From Candidatus Jorgensenbacteria bacterium (GTDB lineage Bacteria > Patescibacteriota > Minisyncoccia > UBA6257 > GWB1-50-10), in NCBI GenBank assembly GCA_037444725.1, contig JBBILW010000002.1, positions 1-53,118 of the forward strand: 53,118 bases of DNA, given 5' to 3'. The notes beneath the pieces are model-generated. The model saw only the letters and a list, made by a program, of their open reading frames with translations, was not told the origin of the DNA and searched no databases. Numbering within the stretch: the stretch's first letter is position 1; each line of letters begins with the position of its first letter. The position numbers and the translations under genes were made by a program. Shown here one piece after another: positions 8,208-17,784 of this stretch.

Positions 8208-10043
8208 TTATTTCGTTCCTTTCGCGTCGCGCTCCGCCTTCTTGCGGTCGCTCTCCTTCAAATAGATTTTTCTAATGCGGATATTCTTCGGAGTTACTTC
8301 GACAAGTTCGTCGTCGCCGATATAATCGAGCGCATCCTCAAGTCCCATCTCGCGCGGCACATCAAGCGTCTCCTGAATACCGAAGTTCTTCGTGCGGAAG
8401 TTCGTGAGCTCTTTCGTGCGGCAGATGTTCACTAAGATGTCGTCCGCCTTTGCGTTCTGGCCTATCACCATACCCTCATACACCTCAACCGCAGGACCGA
8501 TGAACAAGGGTCCGCGTCCCTGCGCAGTGATAAGCCCGTAGCTGTTTGAGGCGCCCGACTCGGAGCTGATAAGCGAGCCGTGCGGTTCCGCCGGCAAATC
8601 GCCTTTATACGCCTCGTAGCCGAGGAACAAGCTGTTCATAATACCCTTTCCCTTCGTACTCGTGAGGAATGCATTGCGGATACCGATAAGTCCGCGCGTC
8701 GGAACAGTGAAGTCCATATGCGTGGTTCCGCGGTCAACGCGCATGTCTTTCATGGCGCCGAGTCTGCGACCCATCATCTCAATGATGGTTCCGCCGAACT
8801 CCTCGGGAACTTCGAATGAAACGAGCTCAACGGGCTCCGTTTTCTTGCCGTCCTGCTCGCGGAAAATAACTTGCGGCTTTGAAACCTCAAGTTCGTATCC
8901 TTCGCGGCGCATCTTCTCGATAATAATCGAGAGGTGAAGCTCTCCGCGGCCCGCGACCGTCCATTTGTCGGGAGAATCGGTTGCAGTCACTGAAAGCGCC
9001 ACATCGGTCTCAAGCTCATGCTCAAGCCTCTCGCGCAAATTGCGTGACGTCGAATACTGGCCTTCTTTGCCGGTAAACGGCGAGGTATTTACGCCGAACA
9101 CCATCTTGATGGTCGGTTCGTCGATAGTAATAGGAGGAAGCGGCATCGGATTCTCAATGTCGGTAATCGTCTCGCCGATAGAAACATCGTCAATGCCCGC
9201 GATGCCGACGATGTCGCCAGCAGAGAGTGACTCAACATCAACGCGCTTCATGCCCTCAAAGCCGAGCACAGCGGAAATCTGCACCTTCTTCGACTCGCCC
9301 TTGCGATTCACGTGAAGCACCTGCGCGCCTTTTTTAAGCGTACCCGCGTAGAGGCGTCCCACCGCAATCTTTCCTTTATAGTTATCGTAAAAAAGACTGA
9401 CCGTGAGCATCTGGAGCGGATTCGTTTCTGAAATCTTCGGACCCGGAATATATTTCACGATTGCATCAAAAAGCGGAATGACATCAGTCATCGTCGAAAG
9501 ATCAGCAGTAAGTCCCGCCTTTCCCTGCGCGCCCGCGGCGTAAATCACGGGGAAATTCGACTGCTCATCCGAAGCGCCAAGTTCAATAAACAAATCAAAC
9601 GTCTGGTCGAGCGCCCACATAGGCCGTGCGTCCGGCTTGTCGATTTTGTTAACCACCACGATTACCTTGTGTCCTGCCTGAATTGCCTTGCGCAATACGA
9701 ATTTCGTCTGCGGCATCGGGCCTTCTTTCGCGTCCACGAGAAGTAAGACGCCGTCCACCATGCGCATAATGCGTTCCACCTCACCGCCGAAATCAGCGTG
9801 CCCCGGAGTATCAACGATGTTAATCTTCAATCCCTTATAGTTGATGGAAGCGTTTTTCGAGAAAATAGTAATACCGCGCTCGCGTTCGAGCTCGTTCGAA
9901 TCCATCATGAGGTCTTTCTCCGCGTCCGCCTTCACATGGAAGTTCTCGGACTGTTTCAAGAGTGCGTCAACCAACGTCGTCTTTCCGTGGTCGACGTGTG
10001 CGATGATTGCGATATTTCTGATGTCGTTTCGTGTCGTTTCCAT
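8208..10043 (-). CDS. typA: Translational GTPase TypA/BipA
   Basis: [22 protein letters not shown] (G1), [12 protein letters not shown] (G3), NKIDK (G4), and EF-G-like domains. Trimmed to ATG at 10041-10043 ([14 protein letters not shown]). Confidence 0.9.
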   Translation of the reverse strand: METTRNDIRNIAIIAHVDHGKTTLVDALLKQSENFHVKADAEKDLMMDSNELERERGITIFSKNASINYKGLKINIVDTPGHADFGGEVERIMRMVDGVLLLVDAKEGPMPQTKFVLRKAIQAGHKVIVVVNKIDKPDARPMWALDQTFDLFIELGASDEQSNFPVIYAAGAQGKAGLTADLSTMTDVIPLFDAIVKYIPGPKISETNPLQMLTVSLFYDNYKGKIAVGRLYAGTLKKGAQVLHVNRKGESKKVQISAVLGFEGMKRVDVESLSAGDIVGIAGIDDVSIGETITDIENPMPLPPITIDEPTIKMVFGVNTSPFTGKEGQYSTSRNLRERLEHELETDVALSVTATDSPDKWTVAGRGELHLSIIIEKMRREGYELEVSKPQVIFREQDGKKTEPVELVSFEVPEEFGGTIIEMMGRRLGAMKDMRVDRGTTHMDFTVPTRGLIGIRNAFLTSTKGKGIMNSLFLGYEAYKGDLPAEPHGSLISSESGASNSYGLITAQGRGPLFIGPAVEVYEGMVIGQNAKADDILVNICRTKELTNFRTKNFGIQETLDVPREMGLEDALDYIGDDELVEVTPKNIRIRKIYLKESDRKKAERDAKGTK

Positions 10044-10127
10044 TGAGTGTGAAATAAAATGCCCCGTGGGAGGCTTATGCATGAATAATACGCATTTCTC
10101 CACATTCTGTCAAAGCCAGGAGTCGCT

Positions 10128-10880
10128 TTATGCCTTTATGCCTTCAAGGTAGAGAAAGATGGGAATTTCCTTACGAATCTTGTTCTCCGCCGCTGCACGT
10201 GGTCCAGGCTCGCTCGATTTATGCGAAATCCATTCCTCAAGACTCCGCACGAGCAAGTTCGCTTTGCGCAAAAATTTAAAATAGACCTGGAGCGGCCGAT
10301 GAAATGAAAGTGTCACCTCGTCAGGTTTGTCTCCAGGATGCATCTGAATTTTCACCGATGCTTCGGACATATAACCGTCGATGCGGCGATACTGCGCTTT
10401 TAGTTCCTCGTCCCAGCCCCAGCTCGAACGCTTCGGCACGCGGAACGCGGGGTGATTCATCACGATATGAACGCTTCCTTTCGGCTTTAACACGCGCGTA
10501 ACTTCCTGAAATGCTTTTTGCGCGTCCTCAATGTTTTGTATGGCAAGCACAATCGCCACCTTATCCACGCTCGCGTCTTTTATGAAATCCAATTTCGTTG
10601 CAGGAGAAACGTGATACTCAATATTTGCGGACTTTCCTTTTTGCGCAATCGCAATCAAATCTTTCGCAACATCAACGCCGATAATCTGCGCGCCAGTTTC
10701 CGCAAACGCGCGTGAAAAGAAACCCGAACCGCACGCAAGATCCAAAATCACCTCGCCTTTTTTCGGTGCAAGTGCGCGCATCAAATTCGGAAGTACTACC
10801 TCTTTTTGATAGCTCCCCTCCCTTTCAACAAGTTCGCCGTACCACTCGGCAACATTCCCCCACGATGTTTTTTTAGGCAT
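10128..10880 (-). CDS. Class I SAM-dependent methyltransferase
   Basis: SAM-binding motif I VILDLACGSGFF. The ATG at 10878-10880 overlaps the upstream stop as TAATG. Confidence 0.7.
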   Translation of the reverse strand: MPKKTSWGNVAEWYGELVEREGSYQKEVVLPNLMRALAPKKGEVILDLACGSGFFSRAFAETGAQIIGVDVAKDLIAIAQKGKSANIEYHVSPATKLDFIKDASVDKVAIVLAIQNIEDAQKAFQEVTRVLKPKGSVHIVMNHPAFRVPKRSSWGWDEELKAQYRRIDGYMSEASVKIQMHPGDKPDEVTLSFHRPLQVYFKFLRKANLLVRSLEEWISHKSSEPGPRAAAENKIRKEIPIFLYLEGIKA

Positions 10881-11356
10881 TAGATATTGTTTACATCTGC
10901 GCACGTATAGTTATCCATTCTCATGAATATTTTTGCAAGAGCTTCAAAACCCTCAAAAAACTTGATTGGGCTTTTGTCATCCTTTCTCTCTTTTTCAATA
11001 TAGCTGCGTATATCCATATTGCAATACGCTTTTTCAAAATCATAACTAAACATGTCATACGCCATTCTCTTTTCGATTAGGCCGCTTTGATAAAGATTGC
11101 CAACGGTTTCAAGCTCACTCAATATATAATCAATTTTTTTCTCACCAAATTGCGAAACCGGCGTGCTGCTAGCCTTTTCAATAACATCGAAAATCGCATC
11201 GTATTTATCTGCATAAACCCTTTGATCCAATTGCAAAACAAATTCACCAGAATGAACTCGGTAATCCATATACAGCGTATAAATTGTCAGAAAAATACCA
11301 GCAATGGCTGCAATTAGTCCGATTATTTTTCCAGCTTTTTCTATTTTGTCCACCAC
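10880..11356 (-). CDS. N-terminally anchored hypothetical protein (AT-rich orphan)
   Basis: GTG start and a TM helix (IIGLIAAIAGIFLTIYTLY). GC is visibly lower than in the neighbours. It is translationally coupled to the downstream methyltransferase. Confidence 0.45.
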   Translation of the reverse strand: MVDKIEKAGKIIGLIAAIAGIFLTIYTLYMDYRVHSGEFVLQLDQRVYADKYDAIFDVIEKASSTPVSQFGEKKIDYILSELETVGNLYQSGLIEKRMAYDMFSYDFEKAYCNMDIRSYIEKERKDDKSPIKFFEGFEALAKIFMRMDNYTCADVNNI

Positions 11357-11402
11357 TAAAATATGCCCCTATTTCTCTTTCCTTTCAACACCAAAGGCGA
11401 CT

Positions 11403-11573
11403 CCTTTTCTCGTGAGTGTTCTGAAGTGAGCATTTCCATTTCCGAGCGAAGAAAATAAAGCGGGCAATTGCGTGCTGTATGAGCTTCCCAAAGGGGGCGA
11501 GTTCACGCAATGCCGTCGATTTATTTGATGAGCGAGGCACATGGAAGCGAATGCAAGTACTCACGAGAAAAGG
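11403..11573. repeat. Perfect 15-bp inverted repeat (11403-11417 / 11559-11573) bracketing about 140 bp of noncoding sequence
   Basis: CCTTTTCTCGTGAGT versus ACTCACGAGAAAAGG. An inner imperfect stem pairs CGGGCAATTGCGTG (11461-11474) with CACGCAATGCCG (11504-11515). Confidence 0.6.
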
Positions 11574-11662
11574 AATTGCCTTCCCACCGACCCTTCTTGC
11601 GTCAAAACAGAACGGAGAGTAGCATTGCGGCAGTACCCCATCGAACAAAAGGAGGACGAACC

Positions 11663-11947
11663 GTGTACGCAAGCGATTTGGATCCGAAGGGCATGGCCTT
11701 GCGCCGCGCCGTGCTCGATCGCAAGAAGAAGCTGCGTGAGGAAATCGAAAACGTTCCGCTCGGCGCCTTCCACGTGGGGGACCTCGAGCCGCTCCTTCGG
11801 CTCATGGGTCTTGCCGGCCCCGACAAGGATTGCCAGGAATCGGACATGACGCAGCTCGAGGAACGCGTCCGCGAGTACCGGGCATGGAGCGAAAAGGAAT
11901 TCTATCGGCACCTGCGCGACCTGCCATTCGGATTCGTAAAGAAGTAA
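11663..11947 (+). CDS. Small GC-rich hypothetical protein
   Basis: GGAGG (11651-11655) lies 7 nt before a GTG start, and a terminator follows immediately. Strong G/C third-position bias. Overlapping ORFs in other frames look like GC artefacts. Confidence 0.5.
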   Translation: MYASDLDPKGMALRRAVLDRKKKLREEIENVPLGAFHVGDLEPLLRLMGLAGPDKDCQESDMTQLEERVREYRAWSEKEFYRHLRDLPFGFVKK

Positions 11948-11953
11948 AGACTC

Positions 11954-11980
11954 GCCCCCGCATTCCGCGGGGCTTTTTTT
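11954..11980 (+). terminator. Rho-independent terminator
   Basis: GCCCC(C)GC / GCGGGGC stem followed by TTTTTTT. Confidence 0.75.
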
Positions 11981-12002
11981 CGCGATGCAAGAGAAAAATG
12001 CA

Positions 12003-14984
12003 CTACTGCATCATCTCGCGAAGCGCACAAAACTCACAATCTTTTTCATGACACCCCTTATCCCAAAATGAAAGCGAAAGAATTTCTTCCACGGTTTTCT
12101 TAATAATCACTTCAAGTTCCGTGACTTCCTCATCGGTTATCGTAAACGCTTCCTTCTTGTATCTGCCCTTCTCATCGGGCTCAACAAAATCAACATCCGC
12201 AGAAACCATTTCATAATGAATGCCCTTCTCCAAGCGGCTCAAAAGCAAACGATAAAACACGAGCTGGCGCTTGATATCGCCGTTTGAGCTCGCAGTCGTC
12301 CCCTCAATTTCTCCGCGCGTCTTCGGCTTGCCTGTTTTGTAGTCAACGACATTTACCTCATTCTTGTCATTTAAAATTTCGAGCTTATCAAGCTTACCCG
12401 AAAGTTTTATGTCGGGGGTAAGAAGTACGCCTTTCACATCGAATTCGGTAACTACATTCGTTTTCCACTTCGCGTGATATGCATCCCAGTATCCTCCTAA
12501 TGCCCTCTCGCCGCGTTCCAGCCATTCCGCGCGAATCGTAGTTGAAAACGGCTGCTTGCCCGCATGAAATCTGAATTGTTCCAATAATAACTCACGTGTA
12601 GCGCGCCCCTCGCGGACCGCCTCAAACAAGTCTTCGAGTGCCGCGTGAACCGCAGTGCCGTAAAGCTGGTGCGGCTCTTTTGCTGCCGGAATGCGGAGCA
12701 AATTCTGATAGAAATAGCGCCATGGACAATTGAGATAATTATTGAGCGCGGTTGCAGAAAGTCCTCGCTCCAAAAATAATTCCTGAACGAACTCTTTGTC
12801 GCGGATGCTCACAGGGCTCGCCTTCGTGGGCGTAAACATAATTCCTTTTTGCGAGGCAAATTCATCTTCAATCTTCGATGCATCTCCTGTTATAAGAAGC
12901 GCGAGATCTATCTCGCCGATAAACTGGCTCGGCAACTGTTCTTTTCCCGAGATGCTCTCTTTCGCATATGAAATAGTGAGCGTCTTTTTTGCGCGCGTAA
13001 GTGCCACATAAAAAAGGCGGCGTTCGTCGTCTAATGGGTCATGAAGCAAGCGCGATTCATGTGTGAGCGAATATACCGCGGGTGGCAAAGGCAGCGCGCT
13101 CGCCTTTTTCGCATTCCCCCAGTGCCCGTCATACGAGCCAACGATAAACACGTGCCCGAATTCCTGTCCCTTTGATTTATGCGCCGTCATAAGCCGCACG
13201 CGCTTCGTGAGTCCGCCAAACGAACTTTTTTTCACAAGCAAATCATGAAGCTCGATTGTCGAGAGATACTCAAGAAAATCATGGAGGTTCGCATCAATAT
13301 GCGCTTCCCCAAATTTTTGCGCCTCATCGAAGAAGCCGTTCAGCTTCTCCATTTTTTCAACCATGTCAGGCAACGACATCACATGAGACAAAAAGCCGGA
13401 TTCGTTTACAATTGAGCCTATAAACGCCTGCAACTCCTTGTTCTTCCCGTGGCTCGCCCAACGGACCATATCGCCATACCACGTGCGGAGCTTCGCGGGA
13501 CTTTCGAGTTTCATGGCTCGCAACTCGGCATCCGATTTTAATACGTCGTAAATAGAAACATGCTTCGTGCCTGCTTCGCGTATCACGCGGTACACATCAA
13601 GCGGATGAAGCTGCAAGAAATCTGCGTGCATAGCCTCCGCTGCGCGTACATCAGAGCCGAACTCATCGATAGCGCGCAATAACGTAATAAGTTTTCTGAT
13701 ATCACGGTCGCGCATCACGTTTTCATCGGACTCGATTATGAAGGGAACTCCCGCGCGCTCTAACATCGGCACGAGCTGGCCCGCATCACGGTTATTACGG
13801 TAGAGAACCGCAATATCCTCAGGCTTTGCGCCGCCTTGAATAAGCCTCATTATCTCCTGCGCAACAAAGTACTGTTCAATCTCGGGCCGTGAAAATGAAA
13901 AGAGTTGCGCGCGCACATCCTCGTGCCCCGCACGCGCCTCGAGCGCTTTTTTGCCGGGAAGCAAACTATGCGCTGCATCGAGAATCGATTGCGTTGAGCG
14001 ATAGTTTTCGGAAAGCACAATAAGCTTCGCGTCTTTGTATAAATTCTTAAAATAGAGGAAATTCTCGAGCGAAGCGCCCTGGAATCTGAATATCGCCTGC
14101 TTCTCATCGCCCACCACGAAAATATTCGGATTCGCATGGAAATTCGAAAGCAACTCAAGAATTCTGTTTTGTGCGTTATTGGTATCCTGATGCTCGTCCA
14201 CCAAAATGTACTGGTACTGCTCCTGCAAAATAAGAAGAAGGTCTTTGTTCGTCTGAAGTTCGCGCAAGACCTCCATAATCATATCGCTGTAGTCGTAGCG
14301 CTTCCGCGTGCGAAGTTCCGCTTCGTACGCCTCGTAGAGAGTTGAGAGTTCGCGATTCTTTTCGATGGATTTCAGCTCCTTCTTATAGTCGCCCTTCATC
14401 TCGCCCTTGTGCGCGCCCTTTTCATGGTAGAGATCGGGCGTCTCGTCAAATCGCTTCTGCTCCTCGGCGACAAGGCTCACGAATTGCGCAGGGTCCAAAC
14501 CTTCGCGCTTTAAATCATTAATCGCCTTCACAATATCGCGTACGTAGTAAAGCGGGTCGCCAAGAGGCTTTAACACTGCGAGTTTCATTTTATGTACCAA
14601 TTCCTCAACAATCGCAATCTCATCGATTTCGGTAATGCTCTCCGCGCCGATAATGCGCGGGAATTCTTCCGGATACTCCTTTATGATGCGGTTGCAGAAA
14701 CCGTGGAACGTGCTTATAGAAACCGCGTATGCGGGGGCGCCGATGACTTCCGTAAGTCTGCGGCGCATATTGGTCGCGCCCGCTTCGGTAAACGTAAGGG
14801 CTAAAATATTCTCCGGATTCGTATCAACGATGCGGAGAATATTCGCAATGCGAAGCGTAAGAATCTCGGTCTTCCCGGTGCCGGGACCCGCGACTACCAT
14901 GACGGGCCCCTCGACAGCGTCAACCGCTTCGCGTTGCGCGGCATTCAGCTTTTTATAACGCAAATCAAAAGCGGCGGTATCCAT
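12003..14984 (-). CDS. UvrD/PcrA-type superfamily 1 helicase fused to a C-terminal RecB/Cas4-like PD-(D/E)XK nuclease
   Basis: Walker A AGPGTGKTE and the helicase motifs ILVDEHQDTN and TAHKSKGQEF. Nuclease motifs GKLDKLE and VVDYKTGKPK, with Cys residues at NCPWRYF and CHEKDCEFC. Trimmed to ATG at 14982-14984. Confidence 0.85.
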   Translation of the reverse strand: MDTAAFDLRYKKLNAAQREAVDAVEGPVMVVAGPGTGKTEILTLRIANILRIVDTNPENILALTFTEAGATNMRRRLTEVIGAPAYAVSISTFHGFCNRIIKEYPEEFPRIIGAESITEIDEIAIVEELVHKMKLAVLKPLGDPLYYVRDIVKAINDLKREGLDPAQFVSLVAEEQKRFDETPDLYHEKGAHKGEMKGDYKKELKSIEKNRELSTLYEAYEAELRTRKRYDYSDMIMEVLRELQTNKDLLLILQEQYQYILVDEHQDTNNAQNRILELLSNFHANPNIFVVGDEKQAIFRFQGASLENFLYFKNLYKDAKLIVLSENYRSTQSILDAAHSLLPGKKALEARAGHEDVRAQLFSFSRPEIEQYFVAQEIMRLIQGGAKPEDIAVLYRNNRDAGQLVPMLERAGVPFIIESDENVMRDRDIRKLITLLRAIDEFGSDVRAAEAMHADFLQLHPLDVYRVIREAGTKHVSIYDVLKSDAELRAMKLESPAKLRTWYGDMVRWASHGKNKELQAFIGSIVNESGFLSHVMSLPDMVEKMEKLNGFFDEAQKFGEAHIDANLHDFLEYLSTIELHDLLVKKSSFGGLTKRVRLMTAHKSKGQEFGHVFIVGSYDGHWGNAKKASALPLPPAVYSLTHESRLLHDPLDDERRLFYVALTRAKKTLTISYAKESISGKEQLPSQFIGEIDLALLITGDASKIEDEFASQKGIMFTPTKASPVSIRDKEFVQELFLERGLSATALNNYLNCPWRYFYQNLLRIPAAKEPHQLYGTAVHAALEDLFEAVREGRATRELLLEQFRFHAGKQPFSTTIRAEWLERGERALGGYWDAYHAKWKTNVVTEFDVKGVLLTPDIKLSGKLDKLEILNDKNEVNVVDYKTGKPKTRGEIEGTTASSNGDIKRQLVFYRLLLSRLEKGIHYEMVSADVDFVEPDEKGRYKKEAFTITDEEVTELEVIIKKTVEEILSLSFWDKGCHEKDCEFCALREMMQ

Positions 14985-14991
14985 GCCAAAA

Positions 14992-15300
14992 TTATCTGAA
15001 AAGAAGCAACAACGCGGCTCCGCCAAACATCATATGGGGCGGCGTGGTATTGCCAATATGATGCATTTCGTAATCAAATACCTCGCCCTCCGCGCTCACA
15101 TGGCCGACGCTGCGCATTTCGTGGTCGTACACCTTTCCTTCGTCGTTCACTTCTCCTATCTTATGCTCCTCGGCGTCAAGCACGTGGCCGTCGGTCGTTA
15201 CGCGGCCAACCTTTAAGTCGTGCGCATTGTATACGTGACCCTCATCATCAATACGTCCGAAGTGATGCCCATTCAATTCATTGATATTCATCATTGACAT
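14992..15300 (-). CDS. Small His-rich protein with four 17-aa repeats and a hydrophobic C-terminal tail
   Basis: Repeats GRIDDEGHVYNAHDLKV / GRVTTDGHVLDAEEHKI / GEVNDEGKVYDHEMRSV / GHVSAEGEVFDYEMHHI, then MMFGGAALLLLFR. Confidence 0.5.
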   Translation of the reverse strand: MSMMNINELNGHHFGRIDDEGHVYNAHDLKVGRVTTDGHVLDAEEHKIGEVNDEGKVYDHEMRSVGHVSAEGEVFDYEMHHIGNTTPPHMMFGGAALLLLFR

Positions 15301-15341
15301 ATGGATGAATTATAAGATGAGCGCCGCAAAATAACAAAGTG

Positions 15342-16247
15342 CTATGAAAACGGCGGTTTCATGAGCGCATCAGCAAGAAGCGGGGCGATGGAGACGACTT
15401 CGCATTTTGCGGGGATAACCCCCGCAAACGGCACGGAATCGGTAACAATAATTTTTTTAATCTCGCGTGTCCGCACAAGGCGCTTCAATCCCGGGCCGGT
15501 CTGTACCGCATGCGCAATCGCCACATACACGTCTTCCGCGCCCTCGCGGCGGAGCGCGCGCGCAGCCTTGAGGAGCGTGTCGCCCGATTGCACCATGTCG
15601 TCTACGAGCACCACGTTCTTCCCCCGCACGTCTCCCGTTATACGGGAAACCTTCACCACACTCGGCGTTTTGCGCACCTTTGCGACCGTAATAATGTCGG
15701 GCACGCCGAAATGCAACGCAAATTCCCGCGCGCGATGCACGCCGCCCTCATCGGGAGAAACTACCGCCACGTTTTTCACATTCAAAGACTTGAAAGCATC
15801 CGCGAGCAAGCCCATAGCCGAAAGCTCAATAAGGGGAGTTTGAAAACGTTCATGCACGAATGAGCTGTGAAGATTCACTGCTACGATGCGCGTCGCTCCC
15901 GCCGCCGCCACGATATCCGCCATGACTCCCGCCGAAACCGAACTGCCCGGCGCATCCACTTTGTCCGACTTCGCATACGCAAAATAGGGAATCACCACAT
16001 TCACCGAGCGGGCGCCATGAATATGCGCGGTGTTAATAAGAATGGCGAGCGCAAGCGTGTGTTCCGCAGGAGAAAATGTAGAGCCGACAATAAAAACTTC
16101 CTTCCCTTCAACCGGCTCCATAATGCGTACAGACACCTCTTTATCCGGATATGTACCGACCGAACACGCACCCATTCTGATGCTCGTCTTTCGCGCGATG
16201 GCACGCGCGAGCGCAGTATTCGTGTTGGTCGATAATATAAGCTTCAT
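15342..16247 (-). CDS. prs: Ribose-phosphate pyrophosphokinase
   Basis: PRPP-binding loop VVLVDDMVQSGDTL, the typical N-terminus KLILSTNTNTALARAIA, and the flexible-loop region. Confidence 0.85.
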   Translation of the reverse strand: MKLILSTNTNTALARAIARKTSIRMGACSVGTYPDKEVSVRIMEPVEGKEVFIVGSTFSPAEHTLALAILINTAHIHGARSVNVVIPYFAYAKSDKVDAPGSSVSAGVMADIVAAAGATRIVAVNLHSSFVHERFQTPLIELSAMGLLADAFKSLNVKNVAVVSPDEGGVHRAREFALHFGVPDIITVAKVRKTPSVVKVSRITGDVRGKNVVLVDDMVQSGDTLLKAARALRREGAEDVYVAIAHAVQTGPGLKRLVRTREIKKIIVTDSVPFAGVIPAKCEVVSIAPLLADALMKPPFS

Positions 16248-16912
16248 GCGCCCTTCGCGGAAAATCGCTTCAATATTGTTATAACCTGCGCATCCTCTAT
16301 TTGCGGAAATTCCTTATAGCACTGTCCGACAGCGGCAAAAAAATCTATAGTGTGCGGACACGCAACCTCATCTGCATCGCCCCGCACCTGCGCCAGACTG
16401 TCCTGGGGCGAAACCGGAACGGCGACTACGATTTTCTTCGCTCCCCGTACTCGCGCGGCTTTCATCGCGGCGCGCATCGTGGTGCCGGTCGCAATGCCGT
16501 CATCGACAAGAATCGCGGTCTTCCCTTTTAAATCATGCATGGGCAAAATTTTCCTGTAATGCGCGGCGCGCGCCGCCGCTTCTTGTCGCCGCTTATCAAT
16601 AACAACCTCAAAAGCCCGTTGTGGACCGCACACCTCTTCATTCATAGTCCAATCGAAAAATGACTCGCCGTCTTCGGTGACCGCGCCTACCGCAAACTCG
16701 TCATTGTGGGGCGGCGTTACTTTTTTTACGATAATAACATCAAGCGGAAGAGAAAGTCCTTCGGCAATTTTTGCCGCGAGCACCACACCGCCGCGAGGCA
16801 GACCGAGCACGACTGCCGAATCACTACGGCGGTACTTCTCAAGCAAAGGGAGTAATTGAGCAGCAGCTTCTTCACGGTCCGCGAACAACTGTTTACTCAT
16901 AGCTACTTTCAT
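16244..16912 (-). CDS. Phosphoribosyltransferase-domain protein
   Basis: FADREEAA...VVLGLPRGGV and the PRPP loop AILVDDGIATGTTM. There is a 4-nt ATGA overlap with prs. Confidence 0.7.
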   Translation of the reverse strand: MKVAMSKQLFADREEAAAQLLPLLEKYRRSDSAVVLGLPRGGVVLAAKIAEGLSLPLDVIIVKKVTPPHNDEFAVGAVTEDGESFFDWTMNEEVCGPQRAFEVVIDKRRQEAAARAAHYRKILPMHDLKGKTAILVDDGIATGTTMRAAMKAARVRGAKKIVVAVPVSPQDSLAQVRGDADEVACPHTIDFFAAVGQCYKEFPQIEDAQVITILKRFSAKGA

Positions 16913-16985
16913 TATACTAGTTCCGGTTATTCTAAACAGTGCATAACAATAGGCCCATCGCGCGCATAATTTCCCTATAACAAAA

Positions 16986-17003
16986 CCGCCCTTCTTCGGG
17001 CGG
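16986..17003 (-). terminator. Rho-independent terminator after the HAD gene
   Basis: CCGCCC-ttcttc-GGGCGG. On the minus strand it is followed by TTTTG. Confidence 0.7.
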
Positions 17004-17015
17004 CCTCATAATTCC

Positions 17016-17702
17016 TTACTGCAAGCGGTAAATCACGTCTTTCCGTTCTACGACCACCCTCCAACCCGCACGTTTTGCGTGCGCATACAGTACGCTATTC
17101 GGATTAAAACAGATGGGATTATCGACAAGTTTCAGAAAAGGAATGTCGGATTCCGAATCGCCCACACCAACGGAACCCTTGAGCGAGAGTCCGTGCTCTT
17201 CCACGATGCGTTTCAACAATTTCGCCTTATCACGTGCAAGATCGAGATACATTATCTCATTCTTTAACTTTCCCCTCCCGTCGACTTTATACACCGTGCC
17301 GTACGAACGATCGAACCCGAGCGTTTTCACAAACGCATCGACAAGTTCTTTGGGAGAATGTGAAATAGCGATGATGTAATATTTTTTGCGGCGCAGTTCG
17401 TGCACGAGGTCGCGCGTATAGCGATACACGCGGTTCTGGTGGAACTTCACCACTTTGCGCGCGATACGGAGAAAATGCGCGCGATCCACGCCATCGATAT
17501 GCGCGTCGAACGCGTCGACCACTCTGCGGATGTATGCGTCGTAGGTACCCTTGCGGTCGAGCCAATCCCTGTACGCCGCATGGTACATCGCTTCCGCTTT
17601 GGCGGGGAAAAGTCCATCTTGGATAAGCGCCTCGGTCATTTCTATTACGAGACTCGAGCGGAAAATGGTGCCGTCGATGTCGAATATCGCAAGTCTTTGC
17701 AT
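17016..17702 (-). CDS. HAD-superfamily hydrolase (subfamily IB, SerB-like)
   Basis: Motif I FDIDGTI, motif II ISHSP, and motif IV GVGDSESD. Confidence 0.75.
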   Translation of the reverse strand: MQRLAIFDIDGTIFRSSLVIEMTEALIQDGLFPAKAEAMYHAAYRDWLDRKGTYDAYIRRVVDAFDAHIDGVDRAHFLRIARKVVKFHQNRVYRYTRDLVHELRRKKYYIIAISHSPKELVDAFVKTLGFDRSYGTVYKVDGRGKLKNEIMYLDLARDKAKLLKRIVEEHGLSLKGSVGVGDSESDIPFLKLVDNPICFNPNSVLYAHAKRAGWRVVVERKDVIYRLQ

Positions 17703-17746
17703 GAGCGTATTGTATCACTCCCTAAGCCTCACGCCAGCATGGAAAA

Positions 17747-17779
17747 AATCCGGTCCCTGGCATGGCCAAGGACCGGATT
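17747..17779 (-). terminator. Rho-independent terminator after the peroxiredoxin gene
   Basis: 10-bp stem AATCCGGTCC/GGACCGGATT with an inner TGGC/GCCA stem. On the minus strand it is followed by TTTTTT. Confidence 0.75.
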
Positions 17780-17784
17780 CATCG

